Assembly: GCA_963747595.1 (NCBI GenBank)
Contig: CAVVFO010000002.1
Coordinates: forward strand, 1,227,508-1,291,507
Length of the DNA stretch: 64,000 nucleotides
Direction of reading: 5' to 3'
Source: an uncultured Gammaproteobacteria bacterium
GTDB lineage: Bacteria; Pseudomonadota; Gammaproteobacteria; Xanthomonadales; Rhodanobacteraceae
Both the position numbers and the translations under genes were made by a program. Every line of letters starts with the position of its first letter. The first letter of the stretch is position 1. The notes under the pieces are model-generated. The model searched no databases, was not told where the DNA came from, and saw only the letters and a list, made by a program, of their open reading frames with translations. Of this stretch, positions 32,940 to 42,458 are shown piece after piece.

Positions 32940-33356
32940 TCATGTTGCGTCAGAAATGCAGGGCAGTCGCCGGCGCATCATGACAGCGGCCTCGACGTCG
33001 GTAATCAACCGCTCCCAGCCCCGGCGCCCTGTCATCCTGAGCTGCGTGCAGCCCATATCGATCGCCCAGCGATTCCACGCCTCATGAGCGGCAGGCAGCC
33101 ACTCTTTCGCGTTCGCTCCGCCGACCCACTTGACGTACGCTGTGCGGCCCAGCGGGAAATCCTGCCAACTCGTAATTGAGAAGGCGTGCTGGCACGCCCA
33201 CAGCACCATGCGCCCTTCCATCAGCGCTGCGTACACGTCCTCGGGGCGATACTCGCCGCCCATGTCGATGGCTTTCTCCAGGCATTTGAGCGCGTCAGCC
33301 CATACGCTCGGAATGAGTGGAGCGGCTACTGGCTGCATTTTCATCGTGAGGATCAT
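32940..33356 (-). CDS. Putative GNAT-fold protein, last phage gene
   Basis: YVKWVGG...WAIDMGCTQLRMTGRRGWERL resembles phage GNAT-like proteins; start could be a later Met. Confidence 0.55.
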   Translation of the reverse strand: MILTMKMQPVAAPLIPSVWADALKCLEKAIDMGGEYRPEDVYAALMEGRMVLWACQHAFSITSWQDFPLGRTAYVKWVGGANAKEWLPAAHEAWNRWAIDMGCTQLRMTGRRGWERLITDVEAAVMMRRRLPCISDAT

Positions 33357-33372
33357 GCTTGGGCTGCGAAAG

Positions 33373-34032
33373 TCACGGGTGGATTACAAGCGCAGAGTAG
33401 CCGCCCTGATCGCCGGAGGTGAAGTTGTAGCTACCGATGCTCGCGGTCGTGGGGGAAACAACATGACCAATCGACACATTTGGAGTGTCGGACGCTTCGT
33501 CCTCGGAGAATCCGGATGTCGTGTAAGGGATACCGCCAAATTCCGCGGCGACGATTACAAGAGACTGTGCTGGTGGAGCATATGGCAGTTGCATCTGCCA
33601 CACCGATTCGCCACTTATCGGCACGGAACTCGGCGCTTCATAGGCACCGGAGGTGGTGATGTAGACCGCTGCCGAAGCGTAACCGTAGTACCACGACCCA
33701 TCGACACTGATCGTAATCGTCCCGGAAGCCGCCGCTGTCGCCGTCCAGAACAACTGGCGCGGAGAACCGCCAGACGTGGGCGCGTCAGAGAGCAGGGTAT
33801 AGGCGTTCGAGGCGTCGTCGCTGCATGTAGGCGTGAACCGCGATAGAAAGGTGCCGGAAGCCGTGTAGGCGATGGTGATTTGGTCGCCTGCCTCTACATC
33901 TAGCGTGAGAACGTTGGGGGTGGGTGGGCTGCCCGCAGCACGCGAGCTAGACGCCATGCGTTTTATCGTGACTGCCCCGCTGCTTTGCGCCGCACCAGAT
34001 GCAGCAACCTGCAATAGCTGCGCAAGGTTCAT
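33373..34032 (-). CDS. Putative tail fibre / receptor-binding protein
   Basis: Ser/Thr/Gly-rich beta-strand-like sequence at the distal end of the tail operon; ATGA overlap with upstream gene. Confidence 0.55.
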   Translation of the reverse strand: MNLAQLLQVAASGAAQSSGAVTIKRMASSSRAAGSPPTPNVLTLDVEAGDQITIAYTASGTFLSRFTPTCSDDASNAYTLLSDAPTSGGSPRQLFWTATAAASGTITISVDGSWYYGYASAAVYITTSGAYEAPSSVPISGESVWQMQLPYAPPAQSLVIVAAEFGGIPYTTSGFSEDEASDTPNVSIGHVVSPTTASIGSYNFTSGDQGGYSALVIHP

Positions 34033-34487
34033 GACGGCGACCTCTCGCCGGTCATTGTGAAGCCGGTGCTGTCGGTGTGGCAGAGGATGCCGGCCAATGC
34101 GCTCTGTCCTGCAGTCTTGAGCGTCGTTGTGGTTTCGACCGGGTCCACGCCGGAGCCTGCGACCACGGTGACTTGCCCGGCGCCGCCTTGCTGTATGCCG
34201 ACGGTATCGCCCCGCACGAACACGCCCTGGGGCACGGTCACGGTGATGTCGGCGGCATTGGTCAGGCGCACAATCGTGCCGGCGTCACTGGCCTGCAGGG
34301 TGTACGTGGTGCCGGTCTGCTCGGTGTAGGCGATGCGGGTATCGGTGTTGACCTTGTATGCGATCTGGCCCCCGCTATCGGTCATGTAGATGTCGAACCC
34401 GGCGCCCACTCGAACGCAGTACATCGTGTCGGGCGCAAGCGTGCCAGGCAACGCGGCGAGGACTTTGCTGATGGCGAAAGTGCTCAT
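34029..34487 (-). CDS. Tail-fibre-associated protein
   Basis: MSTFAISKVLAALPGTL N-terminus and YTLQASDAGTIVRLTN..ITVTVP fibre-like segment. Confidence 0.6.
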   Translation of the reverse strand: MSTFAISKVLAALPGTLAPDTMYCVRVGAGFDIYMTDSGGQIAYKVNTDTRIAYTEQTGTTYTLQASDAGTIVRLTNAADITVTVPQGVFVRGDTVGIQQGGAGQVTVVAGSGVDPVETTTTLKTAGQSALAGILCHTDSTGFTMTGERSPS

Positions 34488-34488
34488 G

Positions 34489-35058
34489 TCACCATGCCGT
34501 CGATGAGTACTCGGTCTTGACCTGCGTGCCGGAGTAGGTCATCTCGCCTGCTGCGTTTTCGCCGATCTTGTCAAGCTCGGTCTTGTTGGCGTGCGCATGG
34601 CGCTTGGTGACGGCGTCATCGATATTTGCCGGCGAGCTGGACGGGCCGCCCTGGATGCTGGCCCACTGCAGCACAACGTCCATCGATTCGGCTTCGGCGG
34701 TCTTGATCCAGGTGGTGTTGGCGTAGTCGTACAGGTAGGTGGCGCCGCCGGAATCGACAGTGCTGTCTGCCGTGGCATCCTGCACGTAGGCGTACACGTT
34801 TGCGCCGGGGGACAGCGCATCGCGCGCGGCGATGTCGGCGACAATCAGCAGATCGCTGGTGCCTGCTGATGCCATTGAGGAGTCGATCATCGACTGGATA
34901 TCGGCTTTGTTGATGACGTGGCGGGTTGCGGTGGCGTCGGCATTGGTGGACACCACTTCCATCAGATTGGGATCACCGGACGGCGCAATCAGGTACAGCG
35001 CATAAGGCTGCAGGGTGCCGGGGAGCGCGGTTTCGCGATAGATCTTGAACGTTGCCAT
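34489..35058 (-). CDS. Tail-associated virion protein
   Basis: MATFKIYRETALPGTL..., VADIAARDAL, DATADSTV, KRHAHANKTELDK; tail-distal position. Confidence 0.65.
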   Translation of the reverse strand: MATFKIYRETALPGTLQPYALYLIAPSGDPNLMEVVSTNADATATRHVINKADIQSMIDSSMASAGTSDLLIVADIAARDALSPGANVYAYVQDATADSTVDSGGATYLYDYANTTWIKTAEAESMDVVLQWASIQGGPSSSPANIDDAVTKRHAHANKTELDKIGENAAGEMTYSGTQVKTEYSSTAW

Positions 35059-35064
35059 CATCGT

Positions 35065-35331
35065 TTACCAGTTTGTGGAGGAATAGGGGATGGACGGTTC
35101 GCGCCATTCGATGTCGCCATCGGCAGCGCTTGCTTTCGTAGCGACCTGACCGGTCGTGCCTCCGGCGATCTGCGACTGCTGCACGTAGCGCACATCGGCC
35201 TGCGCCTGGGTGATGCCTCCGGTTGGTTGCCCGCTGCCACCGGGATAAACGCTGGTATGGGCAAGCGTGAGCACTTTTGTCTGCACCCGCGACGCAGACC
35301 GGTAGACGATTTGCGTCACGGCGTCAGTCAT
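35065..35331 (-). CDS. Small tail-associated protein
   Basis: 88 aa, GQVATKASAADGDIEW fibre-like motif, coupled to neighbours. Confidence 0.6.
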   Translation of the reverse strand: MTDAVTQIVYRSASRVQTKVLTLAHTSVYPGGSGQPTGGITQAQADVRYVQQSQIAGGTTGQVATKASAADGDIEWREPSIPYSSTNW

Positions 35332-35641
35332 GGGTCACATCCTGTTTGACGAGGATCTCGAACGTCGGGGTGCTGTATGTATCGCCGGGTGAATCGCCAT
35401 ATTGGATGTCGCACACCAGAACTCCGACCGGCCAAGACTGAGTCTGGTCGCCGCCAGCGCTCAAGGTGTAGACGCCCAGGTCGTCGGATTGTGTGACCTC
35501 CAGCTCCTGTGCCAATTTGCCAGCTGGCGTGCGCACTTGGGCGCGGATGGCGGGCAATGCTGCAGGCTCGCCATCTACTAAATACGCGCAGGTGAGCAGG
35601 AAGCTGTCGCCGCGCTTGCATTGGAGCTGATCAGCCATATG
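35324..35641 (-). CDS. Small tail-tip protein (BppU N-terminal-like)
   Basis: KRGDSF..., QTQSWPVGVLVCDIQY, YSTPTFEILVKQDVT pattern; family inferred from memory. Confidence 0.5.
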   Translation of the reverse strand, partial: HMADQLQCKRGDSFLLTCAYLVDGEPAALPAIRAQVRTPAGKLAQELEVTQSDDLGVYTLSAGGDQTQSWPVGVLVCDIQYGDSPGDTYSTPTFEILVKQDVTHD

Positions 35642-35643
35642 CA

Positions 35644-37787
35644 TCACGATCCTGTGCCGTAGTCGAATGCGGCGACCAGCGATTGATTGCTGGGCAGGTC
35701 ATCGCGCACCGCATCGATCTCGACGCGCACCGCACCGGCGCCACTGACGGATGGCGTCAGCGTGGTGTCGGTGATGCCGGTGGCGGTGCTGTCCAGCGAG
35801 CCGTCGAGATAGACGCGCACGGTGTAGGTGGTGCCGGCCTCGGGACCAATGTCGCCCTGCAGCGTATCGATCAGCTGGTCTGCCTGCGTGACGCGATCGC
35901 GATGCGACCATGTCAGCGTTAGCGGTGCGGTGACGGCTGCGGGATAGCGCTCGCCGTTGATTTGCAGATTGCCCGGCGGATATGGCCGCGCGGCGCGCTG
36001 GTCCAGCGTGGCTTGCGCGACGGGGGCCAGCGACATGTCCAGTTCGCCCAGGCCGGTGCGTGTCAGCAGCTTGGCATCGACCGTTTCACCGGTGGCGTAT
36101 TCGGTGGTATCCACGCCCGTGAAATGGTCGGTGAACCAAATGCGCGCGCCTTGTGCATGCGCTGCCGGCACCGTATCCACGCAGCCGCGGCCCAGGGTCA
36201 CGGCGCCGCTGCCCGCATCGATGGCATCCACGCGGCACAGCTCGTCATCGATGAGCGCCTCGGTGCCGACCTCCACCTGATCAAGATCCACGCCGTCGGT
36301 CACGATGATCGCGGTGTCGGCGGGGCCAATGACGGCCTGCAATAGCCCCTGCGGCGCGAAGTCGCCAGCGCCGACCTCGGCGTAGGCGCTGGCGCCGTCC
36401 ACCTGCGTCATCAGCGTGTAATCGTAGGCCACGCCTTGCGGCCGCCGCCCAAGGCGCCCACGTAGCCGGCGTCGGCATCCAGCGCGTCCAGGTTGGCGCG
36501 GCTCAGGCGAGCGGCAAGGTCGCGGTAGGACGACTCGTGCAGCACCTGCGCAGTGATCGGCAGCGGCTTGCTTTGCGGCTCGGTCCAGCCCTGGGTGTTG
36601 ACGGCGATGTAGCTGGCCGCCGGCAGGCCGAAGATGTCCTGCGCAAACTTGATGGTGACCGACTTGTCGCTGGGCTTGCCGTCCTGCACATCGATGATGC
36701 GCACCGGCATGTGTTCCACGCGCTGGCCGCCGAACGTGAAGCTGAAGGACATGACATCGCCGCGCAAAATGTCGGTGTCCGATGTCTGCACAACGACTTC
36801 GCCGGTGGCCAGCAGCGCGGACTGCGCGCGGCAATCGCGTTCCGCCAGGCGTGCGCCCAGCGCCGCATTCCATGCGCCGGGGTAGGCGGCCTGCTTGGCC
36901 ACGTCGGCGCCCTGGGCAAGGGCGTTGGCGAGGTTCTGCGCGGTGATGGATGCGTCCTTGTTTGTCGCGCTGTCGTGTAGGTGACCTGACCTGGTTGACC
37001 GTGCCATCGAGGGCCGCTTGATCGTAGCTTTTGAGCTGCACGATGTTGCTCTCGTCAAGCACCGGCAGCGTTGCGGGGTCGTAGTCATCGCGGATCAGGC
37101 GCAGGAAAGATTTGCCGGTGGACGGATCCTCAACAAACATGCCGGAGCAGTGGTCGCAGATGGTCTGAATGGCCTTGTTGACGCCGTCGCTTTTCGAGAA
37201 TTTCAGGCTAAGCCCGAGATTCTCGTCGAACAGCTGCTGCGCGGCGGCTTTGTGACGCACAAGATCGAGACGATCCGGCGACCAGCCCAATACCTCCACG
37301 CACAGCCGATAGATCCAGTGCGCGGGGTTGAGCCCCATGCCCGTAAGTCCCGGATAGCCGACCCCGGCCAGATCCGGCTCCCCCGCACCCGGCACGCGCC
37401 ACCCCGCCTTGATGGCACGCACCTTGTGCGACCAGGGCTTGATATAGGGGTTGAGCGCCGTGACGCGCCCATCGTAGACCAACGTGAGCAAACCGCGATT
37501 GGCGGACTGCGGCGCGCCGCGCAACAATTCCAGCAGCGCGTTGGGCTGCTGATCTGCCTCGCCCATGCAGATGTACAGATAGCCCTGCAGGCCGCCTTCC
37601 TTTTTCTCGCCGCCGAACAGGTTGGGGGCGTCGATATACACCGCTGGCTGGACGTGACATTGCCGGACCATGCAGTGCGGTCGCCCGCGCGCAGCTCCAG
37701 GTACGCATCCACCGGGCCGCGACACAAGCCGGCCTGCAGCGTCATGCTGTACCAGTACCCGATGGTGACCTTGCCGCCCTTACCCAG
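35644..37787 (-). pseudogene. Central tail-tip protein, broken by several frameshifts
   Basis: In-frame pieces KVTIGYWYSMTLQAGLCRGPVD, NPYIKPW, MNPAHWIY-like, DAKLLTRT, RAARPYPPGNLQING fall in different frames. Confidence 0.75.
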
Positions 37788-38003
37788 TGCAGCGTCCTCT
37801 CGCGCGATGGCGCACACGCGCCGCGCGAACGCATCGTCGATCTGTTCAACCTGCTCGATGGGCATGCCCCCGCGCAGAAACGCGCGATAGTCCAGGCCAT
37901 GCATCGCGAACCAGCCACGCACACCATCCGCGCACAGCACGCCGGTACCAGCGATGCGTGCGGCGCGTGCGTGACGCATGGTGACGATGACCGGCTGCGT
38001 CAT
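37780..38003 (-). pseudogene. Small conserved tail-region protein, stop lost by an apparent 1-nt deletion
   Basis: MTQPVIVTMRH...CADGVRGWFAMHGLDYRAFLRGG; CACTGGGTAA would read CACATGGGTAA (stop plus next start) with one extra A. Confidence 0.55.
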
Positions 38004-38236
38004 TTGCCGCTGCTCGTCTTGATGGGCGTGTGCGCAAATTGCCGTAGTCGAGAGAGCCTGGTCGTCGATCCACACGTCGCCGCCGACCATGCTCACCGGC
38101 CGTCCGTCCTCGGCCGTCGGCACGTTGAAATCCGACAGCGTGGATGGCTGCGCGTTGCTGTTGCGCTTGCTCGCGGTGATCGCGAAAAACAGGCTGATCA
38201 CAAGGATAATGATGTACACCCAGGTATACGGATCAT
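38000..38236 (-). pseudogene. Small membrane-like tail assembly protein, frameshifted
   Basis: PYTWVYIIILVISL...SDFNVPTAEDGRPVSMVGGDVWI; ATG 38236 is out of frame by one base. Confidence 0.55.
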
Positions 38237-38245
38237 GACGCACCT

Positions 38246-39038
38246 CTAGAAAATCGGATTGCTGCCCATCGGATTCTTGAGCGGGATGTTCTCCTGCCCA
38301 CCGAAATTTGTGATGTTGTCGAACTTGGCGCAGCCACCGGCGCCAGTCGTGTGATCGCAGCCGGAATATGCGGACACGATGGTGCCGACGGGGATGTCCG
38401 CAGGCGTGAGAAGTGTCAGCGTGTCGCCGGCATGCGCGGTGACATAGCGGCGCTCCACGGCGGCGCCGATCTGGTACTGGATATACCCGCCGTTGAAGTC
38501 GCCGTCCGCGCGCGGCCCAGGCCGCGGCACTCACGGTGATCCGGCGGAGCCGTCAGTGCCGTCGATGCGCCGCGCATCCGGGTTGGCGTTGCACAGTCCG
38601 AGCCCGGCGCTGTACAGGCGCAGCGGACATGCTTCTGCCAGTTGCGGGTCAGGCCGTTGGCGTTGGCGTCGGCCGTTTCCGGCTTGCACAGGATCTGCGC
38701 CTTGGTGGCGGACTTCACCCTCACGCCCGCCACGGTGCCGGTCGAGCGACGCGCGCCGTGCTCTCGCCCTTGCGCAGCCACAGCAGCTGCACGGTGACGC
38801 TCTCGGTGGTGGGCTGCGGGATATACAAGCCCACAAGTTCCATCACCAGCGGCACCGTCAGCTTGAGCTGATCCTGCTCCGGGTCGCCGGAGCGGTGCAG
38901 GGATCGAGGACATGCCAGGCACATGGATATAGCTCTGCTGCGCATACACCGCATCGCTGCCATCCAGCGTGCAGCGCCAGTGCTGCGGGCCGCGCTGGAA
39001 ATCCAGAGTTCGCTGGTGCGTTTGAACAAACCCATCAT
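38246..39038 (-). pseudogene. DUF2163/BR0599-like tail protein, frameshifted
   Basis: C-terminal YSGCDHTTGAGGCAKFDNITNFGGQENIPLKNP; N-terminal part in other frames. Confidence 0.7.
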
Positions 39039-40640
39039 GGCGCGGGCTCCTCGGCAGGCACCGCCACGAACCTGCCGTCGCACGGTGCCAGGCCCTCGCT
39101 GTCGGTCAGGGTCAATCTCATACGCTGTCGCTGCCCAGCGTGGCCAGCGTCATCCAGCTGATCTCGCGCACGCCGGCCGGGTCCAGTGCGGCGGTCACCG
39201 GGGTGTCCAGCGTCAGCTCCTGGGTGTCCGTATCCAGCACGGATGCGGCGGTAGGCGCGGTACTCCACGCTGCGTCCGCGCGCTCAAAGCGCAGGTGCTG
39301 GCGGCCGGGCGTGCCGGCGGCATATTGGGTGATGCCGCAGCGCGCCACTTTCATCACCGTGCTGCCCGCGCCGATGGTCTCGGTCAGCGTTGACGCCATC
39401 GGCCCAGCTCGGCAGCCACAGCGGTTGCGCGCCCGGCCATCAGTACAGGGCTGCGCTGGGCGGCGCGCGCGGCACGGCCGGCCAGCCACCACGCGTGCGA
39501 TCTCGTGGACCACGGCAGGCCGGTCACATCATCCACCTGCTGCGCGCCGACATCGCCATCCGAATCTGCAACTGGCGATCCGGCCCGGCAGTGGGCGCGC
39601 TGGCCTCGTTGGTGCGAGCCTCCAGCACCGGGATCCCGCGGTATTGGCCGCCGGCGGCGTGGCGTCCAGGGCACGGCTCCGCGCTCTGAAAGCGCAGCGT
39701 GCTGGTGATCACATCCGATGATCGCGCGTAAGGCTGGGCGTATCGGTGATGCGCGCCAGGCGGCACGGATACAGCGCCGTGCCGGCCGGCCAGCGGTTGA
39801 TGGTGGCGTTGGCAAAGGTCGCCCGTCGTTTTCCACAAGATCGATCTCCACCAGCTCGTAATCGCTGGCGCTGCGGCGCAGCATGGCCAGCTTGCCGGCC
39901 TGAAATCAGGCCCGCGGTGGTCAGCGGCACGGACGTGGATCCCGATTCCAGCGGCGCGGCCAGAAACGACTGATTCACCCACATCGGCAGCGCCCACAGT
40001 GCGCCCGCGCACCACGTCCAGCGCGGATTCCATAAGCTGGCGCTCCGTGCCGCCGGTGGCAATATCAAACTCCCAGGAGCGGCGCGGCGTCTCGCGATCC
40101 ACCACGCGCAGCTGCTGGCCGCTGACGGATTGCTGCACTGCGTGAGCCATTCCAATGCTCGGTGATGCCGCGTGGACCAGTCCGGGCTCACATCACGCGG
40201 TCACGCGCTCGCCGGTGATGTGCACCGGGATCGGATCAAAGCCCGAAACAGCCAGCTCACATCCGCCGCAATGCTGCTGGAGCCCACGGTGGTGATGCTC
40301 ATGGTCCGCTCGTGTGTTTGAGCGGCGGAAACGCCAGCGGCAGTGCCGGGGGCGTTGAGGTCGATGCCGCTGGCGTTGGATTCGTTGACCTGCGACAGCG
40401 TCGGGGCGGGCGCGGTAGGCGTTCCAGACGTCCACGGCGCGGGTCTGTCGGGTGACCAGCGCGCCCAGGGTGATGCGCAGCGGGGTGATGTGGATGCGGT
40501 TGTAGTAGTCGTTGGCGGAGCTTTGCGCCAGCGTGCCGTTGATCGTCCGGGTGCTCGGCGGCGGTCACGCGCTCATCGCAGCGGCCGGCGCGGTGCCGAA
40601 TCCGCTTGGTTCGTGGCCAACCGATCCATGGGGTCGACGC
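39035..40640 (-). pseudogene. Tail structural protein, multiply frameshifted (5' end approximate)
   Basis: Fragments DYYNRIHITP, VDVWNAY, RVVDRETPRRSWEF, VREISWMTLA spread over several frames. Confidence 0.6.
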
Positions 40641-41586
40641 TGTGCGGTGCTAACGTACGTGCGGATTGACATAGCCGCCAATGGAGAGATCGCAAGCGTG
40701 GAGGTGATCGTAGTCATCGGTTAGGGCCGTCGTAGCGGAAAGCATGGGCGCCCCATTGACCGCCGTGGCCAACTGTAAGTCCACGCTACCCCGACGTGCG
40801 TACGGGTACACCATCCATCTGTCAGTCCCCAACGTGATAATCCCCATCGCTCAAATTGGCATTATTCACGTAGCGTAAATGCGCGCATTCGAGTACCGGC
40901 GAAATAAATACAGACGGGCGTAATGCGTAGCAGCGCACAGGCATCGGGATCGACTCGCCGTTGATTGGCGGGCTATCCACCAAACGTCGATCCGATATCT
41001 CGCGCTCCATAACCTCCCGACCATGAGGCTCCATAAAAGACGTATGATCGATACCGCATGACACGAAACTATCCGACGCAAAAGCGCGACCGCCTGCCCA
41101 CTACCCATTTATAATTATTTCTGCTACCGGGACTACCATAATTTGACCCCACTGTAGTAAGGTCCTCCATGATTGTTGCCGCCGGCATACCAATTCCCTG
41201 ATCCGAGCAACCCCGGCATCGCGCTAAGACCCCAACCGATCTGCTCATGACAATTGTGGCGAACATCACATGCACATAGACTTCGTCGGGATAGGTACCG
41301 ATAAACCGTCATACGCCACAGGCACGTAATTTCACTGTGCTGGCAAAATACAGCGGTCCACACATATATGCCGTAGGACTAGTGGATTTGCCGGTCAAAT
41401 TGTTGCTGCCGTCGATGCCGGTGCCAGATATCAATTGGATCACTGATCCGCTAATGCTGATCTCGGCATAGCAGTGCCTTTATGCGACACACTGCCGCTG
41501 AGCGTCCAGCCATTGCTGGTGCAGGCGCTCTGAATTGAGCTCAACAACCCGGCCAAGCTGGTATCTGTTCCGCTCACGTAAGCCAT
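40640..41586 (-). pseudogene. Virion structural protein, heavily frameshifted and AT-richer (3' end approximate)
   Basis: MAYVSGTDTSLAGLLSSIQSACTSNGWTLSG start; fragments YPDEVYV, LRYVNNANLSDGD, ITLGTDRWMVYP. Confidence 0.6.
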
Positions 41587-42455
41587 CAGTCCATCTCCAA
41601 CAGAAAGTAATCGCCGATGCCAGTGCGGAACAGTCACCCAGCACCACGTGCGTCACGCCATCGATGACAGTGGTGTTCTCGGAGGTGTTGTTGAACCCGC
41701 TCACGTAGCGGATACCATCCAGCTCGCCCCACACGTTGCCGGTGCCGCCGGGGTTGTCGTGTCCGCCCGTCATAAGCACCGCCTTGAGCGCACTGTAATA
41801 CCACCGGTATCGCGACGCTTGTCCGGGCTGTTGTTGTAGTCCGCAGTCCACGGCAGGCAGCGGAACTGGTCCCAATTACCCATGACGTCGCGCAGGTAGC
41901 CATTGGACAAGCCCTTCACGCCGCTGCTGTGATGCCGGACGTATCGGGGTAGCGCGTGGCTGGCGTTGCGCTTGGCAGCGTGCCGATGCAGGTCACCGGG
42001 AAGGGATACTGGCCCGGCGTGGCATAGGGGCAGTAGTAGCCCGTATAGGCCACCTCGTACACCGCAGGGGCGCCAATCTTCAGGCCGAAAAAGATGCGCT
42101 GGGCGTTGACCGCCAGCCAGTAATCGATGCGCTGATTGTGCGCGCACACGCCGCGCTCGATGTAGCCCGGCTGGGCGGTGAAGTCATTGGCGGCCACATA
42201 GCCGGTAAAGCACGCAACGGTCAGATTGTAGTAATCGGCATCCGCGTTCTGGTACGCGCGCAGACCGATGAAGATCTGCTGATCACCAGATAGGCCCGTG
42301 CCCTGCATGATCAGCTCGCGAATGGGCTTGCTATCGTCATAGCGCAGCGTGGTCCAGCCGTTGGCCTCGGCCAGGGTCTGGATCGTCAGCAGCATCTGCC
42401 AGTGCGCGCTGCCCTCGCTGCCGGTGTTGTCGACGTAGCCGGTCTTCGATGCCAT
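41586..42455 (-). pseudogene. Virion structural protein, frameshifted (3' end approximate)
   Basis: MASKTGYVDN...WTTLRYD...GYYCPYATPGQYPFP, then GNVWGELDGIRYVSGFNNTSEN in another frame. Confidence 0.65.
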
Positions 42456-42458
42456 GTG

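Noticed and set aside
35644-38534. Long ORFs 35644-37725 and 37203-38534 as novel fusion proteins
   Set aside because: They are chimaeras of correct and incorrect frames created by indels in adjacent tail genes.
32940-42455. Diversity-generating retroelement or Gin-type invertible tail cassette
   Set aside because: No reverse transcriptase, template/variable repeat pair, invertase or flanking inverted sites were found in the window.
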